Source: a virus (Duplodnaviria; Caudoviricetes). From it: a stretch of DNA of 40,931 bases. The stretch is from IMG/VR virus record IMGVR_UViG_3300021066_000039, positions 1 through 40,931 of that record; one strand, 5' to 3'. Below are positions 1 through 9,681 of the stretch, one piece after another. Each line of letters starts with the position of its first letter. Within the stretch, counting starts at the first letter, position 1. A model generated the notes under the pieces. It worked only from the letters and a program-made list of their open reading frames with translations. It ran no database searches and was not told the origin of the DNA. The translations under genes and the position numbers were made by a program.

Positions 1-127
1 CACTTTATATCCTTCATAGACCTAATTTCTAAAAAAGACTTGTAATTTATAGAAATATTAATCGCTCGTTTTGCAATCAGTGATACAGCCTCGCTATACC
101 AATTTTTGTCTGACCAATCTCGAAACA
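1..127. repeat. Terminal direct repeat, copy 1 (circularisation overlap)
   Basis: Identical to 40805-40931; 127 nt matches a common assembler k-mer size. Confidence 0.95.
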
Positions 128-268
128 AGTTCCTAATCCTACCCTCTTGAAGTCTCCGGTTGTCAGTGGGCGACATTGCCGGAACTATTAAGAAAGTACG
201 ATTATTTTTGCAGCCGGTTTTTTTCTGGAGACTCGCTGACGACTCCCGTTTAATATAATTGTGAATCA

Positions 269-304
269 AAAAGCACTCATCCTCAGCGAAGAATGAGTGT
301 TTTC
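269..304 (-). terminator. Terminator-like hairpin with U-tract
   Basis: Minus strand ACACTCAT-loop-ATGAGTGC followed by TTTTT. Confidence 0.5.
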
Positions 305-340
305 TGCTCACGATCACTCGCTGGAGATCATGCTCACACA

Positions 341-374
341 AATTACCTTCTTGTCCAAACGAACGTTTGTCAAG
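341..374 (-). promoter_or_regulatory. Conserved 34-bp promoter/operator motif, copy 1
   Basis: CTTGACAA-n10-GACAAGAAGGTAATT; similar copies at 26237-26270 and 38821-38854. Confidence 0.7.
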
Positions 375-385
375 TATTTTTACTA

Positions 386-413
386 TTGACATGAAAATTG
401 CCCATGGTAGTGT
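386..413 (+). promoter_or_regulatory. sigma70-like promoter for the leaderless peptide gene
   Basis: TTGACA-16 nt-TAGTGT with a TG extension; ATG 7 nt downstream. Confidence 0.5.
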
Positions 414-420
414 GTAGAAT

Positions 421-528
421 ATGGAAAACATATTAATCGGCGGGGCGGTATTTATAGTATTTGTGGGGTACATGGTTTTGTGTTTATTTTTCCCAAAAAT
501 AGATATATTTGGAATAATTAAAGACTAG
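421..528 (+). CDS. 35-aa single-TM hydrophobic peptide (MENILIGGAVFIVFVGYMVLCLFFPKIDIFGIIKD)
   Basis: Translated by hand; hydrophobic core; upstream promoter; its stop overlaps the stop of the convergent gene (CTAG). Confidence 0.55.
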   Translation: MENILIGGAVFIVFVGYMVLCLFFPKIDIFGIIKD

Positions 529-1868
529 TCTCCTAGACTCGTCATAATCAAACCCTTTAAATAAGGTGCCACTTTAAATATCTCTGCTCTCTCTTTAGGG
601 GTCCTGCCAGCCAACCAAGCCGCAACACGTGTCTTAACGCCAGGTGATGATAAAACTTTTCTTGCGGCAACGGAACCTAACCCAACAAGAATAGTTGGGG
701 TAACAGCACCGTCAGTTAGTAGGCTTGTAACCAATCCGCTGGCCCCACCAACACCTATCCCAGGCAAAGATAAAAGGTTTTGTCTTTCGGATGTAAGAAT
801 TCTATCTGCAATAGCTTTTTCAGCACTAATAAGATCTCCATATTTTTCGTTTAATTTTTTAATATTTGGATCTCCTACCGCAGTATCTATTTTTTTTCTA
901 AGATTTCTATAAACAGATTGTAGTGTTGAATTAACTAATTTATCATCTGAATCGTTACCAGTATATTTTGTTAGACTTTGTACATCCTTTTTTATCTGGA
1001 AAGCCTCACTCGGTGAAATATTGTCTAATACTTTACCTTGAGTTAAATCAGCTTTTAGATCTTCAAGTCGTGTTATCAAGCCAGCATTCGTTCTTTTGGC
1101 CTTACTGGCCTCTTTAATAGCTTGATCTAATGGTTTAAAAGCATCAAAAGCATCGATTGGCTTTTTTGAACCAGATATTAAAGTATCGATAACTTGTCCA
1201 ATTTCATTTTTTCTTGCGGATATTTTTCCTGCTAAATCTTCTAGTGATGCCCCGACTATTCCTTCTTCAGCAACAGCTCTTCCGGGATTCTTGCCATAAC
1301 TTAATTCTGGCTTCTTTGGTTTAACTAGGCTATTAATAAGTCTCGCAGCATTTTCAGTAGATTTAATTGATCCTAAAGTTGAGCCTATCGCCGGAAAAGC
1401 GCCACCAATGAGTGCTCCGGTTTTTGCTTGGTTTAGATCTTTTGTTTGAGCGAGTGTTACGCCACCCGCACCTATCGCTTCTGTTCCTACCCTTGCACCT
1501 AAATTTAATAAACCCGATGCTTTTGCTACACGTAATCCAGCTGTTCCTGGGACAGCAAATTCTGCAATTCTTTCAACACCTTTCCCAATGCTTTGAGCTA
1601 GATTGGTTGGAGCTAATTGCTGATCAGAAAATCCAAGAGATCTCCCTGATGTTCTCTCTAAAAGACTTGTTATTGGGGTGGAAACATTTTGTAGTGTCTG
1701 TATAGCCCCTTTACCTACACCTATTCCAACATCTAACAAATTTCCCTTAGGTTTAGGTGGTGTTTCCACAGGTTTAAACGAATCTAAATAGGCCTGAATA
1801 TCCTCTTGAGGCGCACCTTGTGCTTCCATTGCTTTTATATTCTCAATTAACTGCTCTCTTGTGGGCAT
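525..1868 (-). CDS. Putative internal virion/ejection protein
   Basis: 447 aa, Gly/Ala-rich hydrophobic segments, helical; last gene of the podovirus-like structural block. Confidence 0.6.
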   Translation of the reverse strand: MPTREQLIENIKAMEAQGAPQEDIQAYLDSFKPVETPPKPKGNLLDVGIGVGKGAIQTLQNVSTPITSLLERTSGRSLGFSDQQLAPTNLAQSIGKGVERIAEFAVPGTAGLRVAKASGLLNLGARVGTEAIGAGGVTLAQTKDLNQAKTGALIGGAFPAIGSTLGSIKSTENAARLINSLVKPKKPELSYGKNPGRAVAEEGIVGASLEDLAGKISARKNEIGQVIDTLISGSKKPIDAFDAFKPLDQAIKEASKAKRTNAGLITRLEDLKADLTQGKVLDNISPSEAFQIKKDVQSLTKYTGNDSDDKLVNSTLQSVYRNLRKKIDTAVGDPNIKKLNEKYGDLISAEKAIADRILTSERQNLLSLPGIGVGGASGLVTSLLTDGAVTPTILVGLGSVAARKVLSSPGVKTRVAAWLAGRTPKERAEIFKVAPYLKGLIMTSLGD

Positions 1869-1870
1869 GT

Positions 1871-3709
1871 TTAGAAAGGTAAATTATAAGTTTTCCCGGA
1901 AGGGGCCTTAAATTGAGAGCTGTTAAAAACAGGTGTGGTTTGAATTCCTGTTCCAATTCCCCCAGCTACCGCTTCTGCTTCTGAAATAAGTCCATTTAAT
2001 GCGGTGATTGCTCCTTCCTTAGTGCCGAAAGTAAGGTCAAGAACACTAGCGATTTGTCTCTTAAATCTTGCCTCTTCGTCCTTATTTACTGCGCCACCTG
2101 ATCTTAAACGTCCTACTTTGTCTGCTACCTGATCTACTAGCTTTACAAGGTTACGATCTGTTTTTAATACTATCCCCCTTACAGAGCCTTTGTAGTCTTT
2201 ATTAAATGCTATTTTTAGTTGTTCAATTTCTGGAACAAGTGTTTGAACTATTGCATTTACTTTTGAAGCTTCAGCCGAAAGAGGTTTACCTTTGACAGTA
2301 TATTTTTGTGTACCAGATACCCCGCTCGTTCCTCCCCCTGTCGTTCCACCTATTACTCCTCCAGTAACTCCCCCGCTCGTTCCTCCGCCGACCCCACCAC
2401 TCACTCGTCTACCTGTTTTCTTATCAAGAGTAACTAAGTAATCATTTCCGTCTGCATCTTGAAGTACCCTAAACTCATATTCGGGTTGCGACTGCTTCAG
2501 CATTTCTTTCATAAGATCTGCTTCTGCTTCCGCTTGTCTTTGTGCTATTTCAAGAGCTTTTCTGTTATCAGTTTGTATTTCTCCTACAAGGTAACGAGCT
2601 TCTTCAATTCCTTGATCGTAAAGAGCTTCGTAATATTTAGCCATGTTAGCGTGGCGATTTAATTTTCCTTCGTACTTGTCGTCTAACTTTTTTAATTCTC
2701 TGTTTCTTATATCTTGTGAGAGCCAAGGATTGTTAGTTATGTCCGCAGCTTCCTTACTTTTACTAGCTTGAATGTCATCTAACTCTTTAAGTGTTTTTTC
2801 TAACTGTTGTTTGACGGTAAAAAGTCCAAGAGCGCTAGCGACTTCTTTGTAAGTATCCACCATGTTTTGAACAGGGGTTTTTCCCGTTGGCGTTGGCGGA
2901 ACAATTTGTCCTGTTTGTGCGGTTACACTTTGTTGAGGGGCTGGACTTATTGCTGTTTGAGAATTACTAGAGGGTGTACCTATAGTTAATTGCTCTCCTG
3001 GGAAAATCTTGTTAGGATTCCCTGATCTGTAACCTGAAATTTGAGAAGGTAGAACGCCAAATTGTTTCGCAATCTTACTTAAAGTATCTCCTGGTTTTAC
3101 AATGTAACTTTGAGGCGAGGACATGACTCCAGCAACCTGCCCTCCACCGCTATTTGACACACCTCCTAAATTTACATTTGCTGTAGAGCCTCCTGTGGCC
3201 TGTGGTGAGCCTTGTAGTGCTTGAGTAATTGCCCCTGGGTCGCCAGTTGACGGTGGAACATAAGGGGCTTGTCCTGTTGTTACTCCGTTTGAAACACCTG
3301 GTGCTGGAACATATCCCTTAATCCCGTTACCCATGTCTACCTCTTTTAGTTTTCCTTCCTTTACTCCTTGCTGAAAACCTGCTTCCTGTTCAAGAGATTT
3401 ATTAGTGGTAAAGTTTCCGTTTATTAATTCGCCGGCTTTAACCGGAGCGCCACCTTGCTCTGCGGCTAAAATAGCATCAGCTACTCCTTTATCTGTACCG
3501 AACTTTAACTTGTCGTAATAGTTGCCCGATGCTCCAACTAAAGTCTGAACGCCGTTTATGTATTGATATGAGCCACCTTGGAGCTTAGATTGTGCGGTTT
3601 TTTTAAACTCATCAAAGGATATTTCCCTAAAGGTTGGACCAACATTAGCGCCAGGGAGAACTGCGACTCCGTCTCCCGTTGAATAAAATTTGTAATTTAC
3701 TGGGTTCAT
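1871..3709 (-). CDS. LysM-domain virion (ejection) protein
   Basis: LysM motif YIVKPGDTLSKIAKQFG...NPNKIFPGEQLTI; coiled coil; Gly/Thr linkers. Confidence 0.75.
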   Translation of the reverse strand: MNPVNYKFYSTGDGVAVLPGANVGPTFREISFDEFKKTAQSKLQGGSYQYINGVQTLVGASGNYYDKLKFGTDKGVADAILAAEQGGAPVKAGELINGNFTTNKSLEQEAGFQQGVKEGKLKEVDMGNGIKGYVPAPGVSNGVTTGQAPYVPPSTGDPGAITQALQGSPQATGGSTANVNLGGVSNSGGGQVAGVMSSPQSYIVKPGDTLSKIAKQFGVLPSQISGYRSGNPNKIFPGEQLTIGTPSSNSQTAISPAPQQSVTAQTGQIVPPTPTGKTPVQNMVDTYKEVASALGLFTVKQQLEKTLKELDDIQASKSKEAADITNNPWLSQDIRNRELKKLDDKYEGKLNRHANMAKYYEALYDQGIEEARYLVGEIQTDNRKALEIAQRQAEAEADLMKEMLKQSQPEYEFRVLQDADGNDYLVTLDKKTGRRVSGGVGGGTSGGVTGGVIGGTTGGGTSGVSGTQKYTVKGKPLSAEASKVNAIVQTLVPEIEQLKIAFNKDYKGSVRGIVLKTDRNLVKLVDQVADKVGRLRSGGAVNKDEEARFKRQIASVLDLTFGTKEGAITALNGLISEAEAVAGGIGTGIQTTPVFNSSQFKAPSGKTYNLPF

Positions 3710-3711
3710 AT

Positions 3712-4428
3712 TTAATAAAATCCTCCAAATTGGTCTCGTCTTATGAGGCCGTAAGGAGCTTGTCCTTTAATAACATCAAAGCCTTCAAACATATTCCTGT
3801 CCTGGGTTTGATATGCAAATTGTTCGTTCTGGATATTCTTGTAGAGAAGATCGAGTATTCCCTCAGCTTCTGCTCTTTTAGCGAGAACTAGATTCTCATC
3901 TTTCTTTTCGCGGATCATGGCGTACTCCTGCATCTTAGCTACAATAGCCTCGTTTGCCTCAACAGGAAGCAAAGTGGAAGCTGAATCATCTGTGGTGTCT
4001 ATGATCGGGGTGTACTGTCCGAAAACTGTCAGAGTTCCTGATACATCAGCCGCCGAGTTAATGTAAATGTAATTGTTGTAATCAGAAAATAATCTAGCCG
4101 AATCGCCAGGTCTTTCTTCTCTAAAAGTTAGAAGATCTTGGTAGTTAATTTTCTTCAGTCTTTTTCCTCCGACTAGAGCAATACGAATTGAATCTGGTTT
4201 CCATCCTTCTGGGTAGAGAATTTTAGTATTGCCGAAATCATCCTGCGTAGTTGTAACGTAAGTGGTCGAGCTTATTCCTTCAGTAAACGGCCACTTGCGT
4301 CTTGAATAAGCCCACTGTAGCGCATTCTTAAATGACGATTTCGTAATTGCGTCAGTAAAAAACGAAGCTGTGGTTGAAGTATTTTGTCTTACTAGAAACT
4401 CATTAATTATTTGTGATTGTGTATTCAT
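3712..4428 (-). CDS. Putative head-tail adaptor protein
   Basis: 238 aa with WPF motif; size and position typical of podovirus adaptors. Confidence 0.55.
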   Translation of the reverse strand: MNTQSQIINEFLVRQNTSTTASFFTDAITKSSFKNALQWAYSRRKWPFTEGISSTTYVTTTQDDFGNTKILYPEGWKPDSIRIALVGGKRLKKINYQDLLTFREERPGDSARLFSDYNNYIYINSAADVSGTLTVFGQYTPIIDTTDDSASTLLPVEANEAIVAKMQEYAMIREKKDENLVLAKRAEAEGILDLLYKNIQNEQFAYQTQDRNMFEGFDVIKGQAPYGLIRRDQFGGFY

Positions 4429-4559
4429 TTCTTTTTATCTCTAATTTTGCCCATGATGATGGTGTCAGTTACGCAATTTCTGATTTCGTTCTCTGTTGGA
4501 GTGCGATTTAAAAACTTAGTAAGTTCTTCTATGATTTTTTGTCTTAAATCTGCGTCCAT
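4425..4559 (-). CDS. 44-aa hypothetical protein
   Basis: Translated by hand (MDADLRQKIIEEL...); fills the gap with an ATGA overlap. Confidence 0.65.
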   Translation of the reverse strand: MDADLRQKIIEELTKFLNRTPTENEIRNCVTDTIIMGKIRDKKK

Positions 4560-4560
4560 A

Positions 4561-5880
4561 TTATTGAGAGATTTCAAATAGTCTTACTTCGCCTTCTGCT
4601 CCGTCCGTGCCGTTAGCGCCCGCTGTGGAAGCGGCGGTTGGATTGCCGGCATGAAATTCATCGGTTCCCCTCGCTCCTCCCGTTCCTCCTACTCCTTTAG
4701 CTGCCGAGATAGTTCCGTTATTTACGAGAGTGTTATAAACCAAGATTATTTGCCCGCCATTTCCTCCACCGCCCCCTCCTCCTCCACCTCCACCACCAAT
4801 GTCTGAGACTGAAACTCCGTCCCAAATGGCACTTGTGGCATTACCACCATTTCCTCCCTTACCGCCCTGAGCAAGAATTTTCCCTCCATGCTCGATGCGG
4901 ATGTCCTTAGCGTAAATTGCCAAGATTCCTCCTGATGAGCCTGCTCCACCTCCGCCACCTCCGGCGCCACTATATTGATTTGTTCCCGTTACCCCTTGCC
5001 AGCCTCCTCCTCCTCCGCCATTTCCTCCTGTAGAATTTGCTGAATTATCAAACTTAACTGTCGAGCCGGATGTTGAGATGTCAAGAAGTGTGGCTAGATG
5101 CCAGTTAGCGATTAACTTTACATTTGATGTAGTTGCGGTTCCTGGAGAACCCGTAGCCGGAGAACTTCCGCCAGGATTGGCTGTTGTTCCTCCTCCACTC
5201 CCTCCTATACCACCCGCTTTACCGCTTTGCCCTATTGAATTAGTGGTATTTGTTCCACTACTACTAGCGGAAGGACTACTCCCTACACTTGCACTTAGAA
5301 GTCCGTTACCGCCTACTGTACCCGCAGTTCCAGCTAGCGAACCTTTTAAGTACCCGTCAGCTAAAGCTCCCCCTGCCGCCCCTGCTGTTCCGCCAACATC
5401 GCCTGAAGCCCCTCCTAGATGAGTAGCATTACCGCCATCTCCTCCAGGTTTTCCAGAACGATCAATAGTTCCGCGAGTTACAATTCCAGAGTTAGCAAAT
5501 ATTCTGTAACTTCCCACATTTATAGTGGTTCCCGCATCTACTACAAGCGTTGTATAGTACACGTCTCTTGAAAGAGTGTAAGTAGATCCTGAGAGCGTCA
5601 TTCCGGTTACATTAAGCGCTCCGTTAGCATATTCCTCACCATCAGACCCATCTCCGAATGAGAAGATGCCGTTATCGTTTAGGAAGTATTGTTTGGTATA
5701 TCCACCTACTTGTATGTTTCTTACGACTACCCCTTCATTAGTTAATGTTACGGGGGATAGGATGTCTGTTGAGATTATCTTTTCTCCATTTGGACCGTAA
5801 AGTGTATTTGGATAATCCGGTTCTGGTTCGGGTATAGCATAGTTGTTAAAGATTGTCATGTTAGTCAGGTAAGATCTCAA
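4561..5880 (-). CDS. Glycine-rich tail fibre/spike-like protein
   Basis: Long GGGG runs and GxG repeats; start probably MTIFNN near 5859. Confidence 0.65.
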   Translation of the reverse strand: MRSYLTNMTIFNNYAIPEPEPDYPNTLYGPNGEKIISTDILSPVTLTNEGVVVRNIQVGGYTKQYFLNDNGIFSFGDGSDGEEYANGALNVTGMTLSGSTYTLSRDVYYTTLVVDAGTTINVGSYRIFANSGIVTRGTIDRSGKPGGDGGNATHLGGASGDVGGTAGAAGGALADGYLKGSLAGTAGTVGGNGLLSASVGSSPSASSSGTNTTNSIGQSGKAGGIGGSGGGTTANPGGSSPATGSPGTATTSNVKLIANWHLATLLDISTSGSTVKFDNSANSTGGNGGGGGGWQGVTGTNQYSGAGGGGGGAGSSGGILAIYAKDIRIEHGGKILAQGGKGGNGGNATSAIWDGVSVSDIGGGGGGGGGGGGNGGQIILVYNTLVNNGTISAAKGVGGTGGARGTDEFHAGNPTAASTAGANGTDGAEGEVRLFEISQ

Positions 5881-7474
5881 ACTCTATGGTTATGGGTAGA
5901 CTTACTGTCGCAGGATCAGCTATGCCGGACCATTTAAGCTCAAGCCAAAAGTTGTTCTCACCCCTCCCTTGATTTGAGCCATTATTATTGATTTTTATAT
6001 TGGCAATTCTTTCTGAATTAGGAAAATTGGTGCTGTTAATTACGGTCAGTGTTTGAGAAAAGCCACCATCGTCATAATAGATTTTTGGGGTTACAGACAT
6101 GCCCGAAGCAACTGCTTGAGCCAGTGGAATCCTTACTCTTGTAATACGAAATGGTTGCCCAATTTTGTATAATTGGCTCCACCAAACAGCAGAAACTGTC
6201 GTATATCCGGAAGTTGTCATTCGTCTATCGATACCATTATTTGAATTACCTGAACCCTTGGTCCAGCCGATCGCTGGAATATAAAAACCAAAAGGGGTGC
6301 TGGTCGTACCATGATTTAAAAATCCTACGGCGGTAACTGAAGTTGAGGAGTTTCCTCCAGCGCTTCGCATAATATTAAATACGCCATCTGAAATCTGGTT
6401 TTGTAGACCAATAGAATATAAACAGCCATCTGATTCGGGTACTGTAGTATGCGTACCAAAAAAGAATCTATTTCCTATAGCTTCCACCGCGCCGGCCAGT
6501 GGTGGCTCGCCGGTCTCGGAATAAAATACTGTTTCAAAAGAATAACCTCCTAAGTATTTAGAAACCCTAAAGCCTTTTGTCTTATAATTTCCCGAAACAA
6601 CGTATAAAGAGCCGTTAACATTTTTAAGTGCGGTTATAAGTGGATCAGGGAATTCCACCCAAATTATCTGGTTAAAGGAAGAAGATGTCGTATCCCAGAG
6701 AGCAATTTTTCCTTTCGGATCAGTTTTGTCTTGAATGCTTGACTCAATAAGTCCTACGGCTAAATAAGGCCCGTAAGATTCCATGGCGGTTGGCCAAAGT
6801 CCATAACCAAATTGAAGCTTGTTGGCCGTTGAGTTATTGTCCGTGTCCCCTTCAACTGAGGTTTTAGTGGTGGAAATAAAATGAATCGTTCCTTGGTTTC
6901 CTACTACGTCAGCAATATAAAGCTTGCCATCAGAGTGGCGGTGCATTACATGATTAGGCAACTGAATACCATTTAAATAAGTTGTCGGGTAGGTAGTATT
7001 TGTTAAAGCTGGCTTACCTAAAGTAGATGTCCAATAATTAGCGACAAAACCAGGGGTTCCATTGAGGGGGCCGTAACGAGTAATGTCTGTACCTGTGGCA
7101 ATGTACATGTAATTGTCGTAGTACTCCATGCCGTTTCCTATACCACCTGTCAAAGTTCCCGCGTCCGAAAGCGTGCCAAATGTTGTCGAGACAATTGTGT
7201 ACATCGAACCTAGTGCGTCCAAAATGTAAGTTTGCTGTCTCTTTGGATTAGTTTTCATCCAAAGCGGAGCTGCCCCAACAGTGGTGGAGACAGAAGTTAG
7301 GGCGGTTGGTCTTAAATACCCTGAACCCACAGAAGAATAAGCTGTATCGTCATCATCTATTGGTTGTCCTGGATCAATGCCTAAAGATGCCCTAAATTGA
7401 TTTTTTGTAGAGAAATTAGCGAGTTGAGAATGTCCGCCTAGGATGCTGTCTATTACTATTGTTTTAGTATCCAT
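5861..7474 (-). CDS. Putative tail nozzle/stabilisation protein (beta-propeller-like)
   Basis: 537 aa, beta-rich; position matches P22 gp10/T7 gp12 analogues. Confidence 0.55.
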   Translation of the reverse strand: MDTKTIVIDSILGGHSQLANFSTKNQFRASLGIDPGQPIDDDDTAYSSVGSGYLRPTALTSVSTTVGAAPLWMKTNPKRQQTYILDALGSMYTIVSTTFGTLSDAGTLTGGIGNGMEYYDNYMYIATGTDITRYGPLNGTPGFVANYWTSTLGKPALTNTTYPTTYLNGIQLPNHVMHRHSDGKLYIADVVGNQGTIHFISTTKTSVEGDTDNNSTANKLQFGYGLWPTAMESYGPYLAVGLIESSIQDKTDPKGKIALWDTTSSSFNQIIWVEFPDPLITALKNVNGSLYVVSGNYKTKGFRVSKYLGGYSFETVFYSETGEPPLAGAVEAIGNRFFFGTHTTVPESDGCLYSIGLQNQISDGVFNIMRSAGGNSSTSVTAVGFLNHGTTSTPFGFYIPAIGWTKGSGNSNNGIDRRMTTSGYTTVSAVWWSQLYKIGQPFRITRVRIPLAQAVASGMSVTPKIYYDDGGFSQTLTVINSTNFPNSERIANIKINNNGSNQGRGENNFWLELKWSGIADPATVSLPITIEFEILPD

Positions 7475-8255
7475 ATTCTGGAAAATCCACCTTGAAGTAC
7501 TTAGCGCGGAAGAAATATTTATCCGCTTTCGTTAATTTGAATTTGTTCCAGTCCATTTCTTTAACAAGTAAGTCAAAACAAGTTCGGATATTTGGATCTT
7601 TAAGACAGAAGAGAAGAACGCGTCTTAAAAGTCTGATTCTTTCTTTCATATCCCCGATTACTTCTGCATGTTCGAGCATGTTAAGGGCTAACTCAAAGTC
7701 GTCTATTGGATTTCTCTTTAGGATTTTTCGCCAGAGAGATGTCGGATTGAAGAATTTTACGAGCCACTGCGCTCTAAATCTGTAGGCATCATCCTCTTGT
7801 AAGATGAAACATAAGACTTCCTTGAGATGTTTAACTGTTTTTGAGTTAGTTTTTTTCTCAACTACAGTCATAGCCCGCCATAATTCCTTTACTGGTGGCA
7901 CGAACCTTTCGTATGGGAGCATGTCAAACCTACTTTTTTCTGCAATTTCCCAGATTTTCGGCAAGGTTTCTTTTTTTAACCTCCTGATTATCTCTTCTTC
8001 CCCTTTTCCTTCCTCAAGTTCTTTCCAAATATCGTTGAATATTTGATTTTTTATCTCATGCTTTAACTTTGAGAAAGAAGAGAAGAGTAGAACCCCTCTT
8101 GGCCATCCAGGAAATGGATAATCCTCGCCGTCAATCCACATTTCGTAGTGGCCTTTGTCGGTTAAGGTTAGTTTGGCTTGTGCTGAATCTTGTGTTTTCC
8201 AGTAGCGAACAGTTGGTCTTGATCGGTAGTACTTATTTTTTATGAATTGGAACAT
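7464..8255 (-). CDS. Hypothetical protein downstream of the capsid gene
   Basis: Long ORF; likely start MFQFIK at 8255, below an RNA structure. Confidence 0.7.
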   Translation of the reverse strand: MFQFIKNKYYRSRPTVRYWKTQDSAQAKLTLTDKGHYEMWIDGEDYPFPGWPRGVLLFSSFSKLKHEIKNQIFNDIWKELEEGKGEEEIIRRLKKETLPKIWEIAEKSRFDMLPYERFVPPVKELWRAMTVVEKKTNSKTVKHLKEVLCFILQEDDAYRFRAQWLVKFFNPTSLWRKILKRNPIDDFELALNMLEHAEVIGDMKERIRLLRRVLLFCLKDPNIRTCFDLLVKEMDWNKFKLTKADKYFFRAKYFKVDFPEYGY

Positions 8256-8266
8256 TTTTATGAGAA

Positions 8267-8329
8267 GTAGCTCCTTCCCATACATTCTTGGGGACGTTTT
8301 GTATGGTGCGCCCCCAAGGAACGAGCTAC
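8267..8329 (-). promoter_or_regulatory. Structured intergenic RNA element after the capsid gene
   Basis: GTAGCTC/GAGCTAC closing stem, inner GC-rich stem, loop CCATACA complementary to adjacent TGTATGG. Confidence 0.5.
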
Positions 8330-8352
8330 GTTTTAATTAGTAACTAAGAAAC

Positions 8353-9669
8353 TTAGAAACTAGCGAAGAGAACAGCACCATACTTGCGTCGTTGCTTAGG
8401 AACTAAACATCCGTAGAGGAATAGACCCTGATACTTCTTAGCAAATTGGTTTTCTGCATCAACAACACGAGTTTCTGCCCACTTGTCGGCATAAGTGATC
8501 ATGCCGATGTGGTTAGCGAGGATAAGGTTTCCGATTGTACCTGTTGTAAGAGATACGTCAGCACCTTGTCCTGAAGCTGTAGAGTGTCCAGCGCGTGTAG
8601 AAACACGAGCGCCAGCAGCTTGGTGAATATCGAACGCACCAACTCGCATTACGCGACCATTAAGTACAGTTCCGATAAACACTTCCGCGATGCCGGTAGG
8701 CTGAAGCTGAGAAGCTTGTTTAAGCTGGGTAACCATTTCTGGCGGCACTGTTATGTGTCGGTCAGTATTGTCTACCTCGTTTTGATCAAGAGCTTCAGCG
8801 AGTAAGGTCACACAGTTGTACACGTTAGATGAAGAAACTGAGGTTGCAGCAGCAGCCTGAATTTCCCAACCGAGTCCGCTCATTGTAAGAAGAGAAGCGT
8901 TGCCATCTCCATACTTAGGGAAATTCTTACCATCACCACCGAATAGTCCGCGTAGTGTGTAGCCTTCCTCAAAGTCTGGACCAGAAACTGCTTCATCCCA
9001 TTCTGTTAGAGTTGCAGATACTGTAGAAACTACAGTTGCAATACGATAGAACGGAGAAACGAAAGCTGCAGTAGATCGAAGTCTGAATCCTTTGCCGATG
9101 TCAGATGTTTCAAATCCACCGAAGTATGAACCGCCATCAATAGGATTTTCTACTGTACCGAAGTTTGTCGCTCCATCGTAGTTACCATTGATTGTTACAG
9201 TTCCACCTGTTGAAGTTGTGGCGATTGAGGCCATGGTCTGACCTGAACCTGCGACAACTAGGTTGATACCAACCCAGTTACCTGCCTTTACTTCACCAGC
9301 TTTTTCAAGGACATACATATCGATCATCTTTTCAAGTGACTTAGAATAGTCATTTGTGATGTGATCTACGATGTCATCCGCGTATGTGAATACGCTTTCA
9401 AGTCGATCTAGAGAGAAGTTCCAATACTTTCGCTTCTCTACTACCAACTGATCTTCACTGTCAACCAAAGACTCGCTGGCCATGTCTGATCCAACTGTAT
9501 AGTCAGATAGAGTGCCGGAGTTAAGGAAAGAGAGAATATTTACTCTGTCTCCTGGCTTTTTGATTTCGCCTTCATAGTTGCGGTTTGTAATTGCATTGAA
9601 AACCGCCTCCTGATAGGTCTTTTTAAGAACTTTAGCAGCAAATTGCTCGCCAAAATTTGTTAATCTCAT
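8353..9669 (-). CDS. Major capsid protein (P22 coat-like, HK97 fold) with a central insertion
   Basis: TNRNYEGEIKKPGDRVNI N-terminal motif; C-terminal AKKYQGLFLYG; follows the scaffold gene. Confidence 0.85.
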   Translation of the reverse strand: MRLTNFGEQFAAKVLKKTYQEAVFNAITNRNYEGEIKKPGDRVNILSFLNSGTLSDYTVGSDMASESLVDSEDQLVVEKRKYWNFSLDRLESVFTYADDIVDHITNDYSKSLEKMIDMYVLEKAGEVKAGNWVGINLVVAGSGQTMASIATTSTGGTVTINGNYDGATNFGTVENPIDGGSYFGGFETSDIGKGFRLRSTAAFVSPFYRIATVVSTVSATLTEWDEAVSGPDFEEGYTLRGLFGGDGKNFPKYGDGNASLLTMSGLGWEIQAAAATSVSSSNVYNCVTLLAEALDQNEVDNTDRHITVPPEMVTQLKQASQLQPTGIAEVFIGTVLNGRVMRVGAFDIHQAAGARVSTRAGHSTASGQGADVSLTTGTIGNLILANHIGMITYADKWAETRVVDAENQFAKKYQGLFLYGCLVPKQRRKYGAVLFASF

Positions 9670-9681
9670 TTAATTTAATTG

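Noticed and set aside
1-127. Biological terminal repeat of the virion DNA
   Set aside because: Exactly 127 nt and falls inside an open frame; better explained as an assembler overlap
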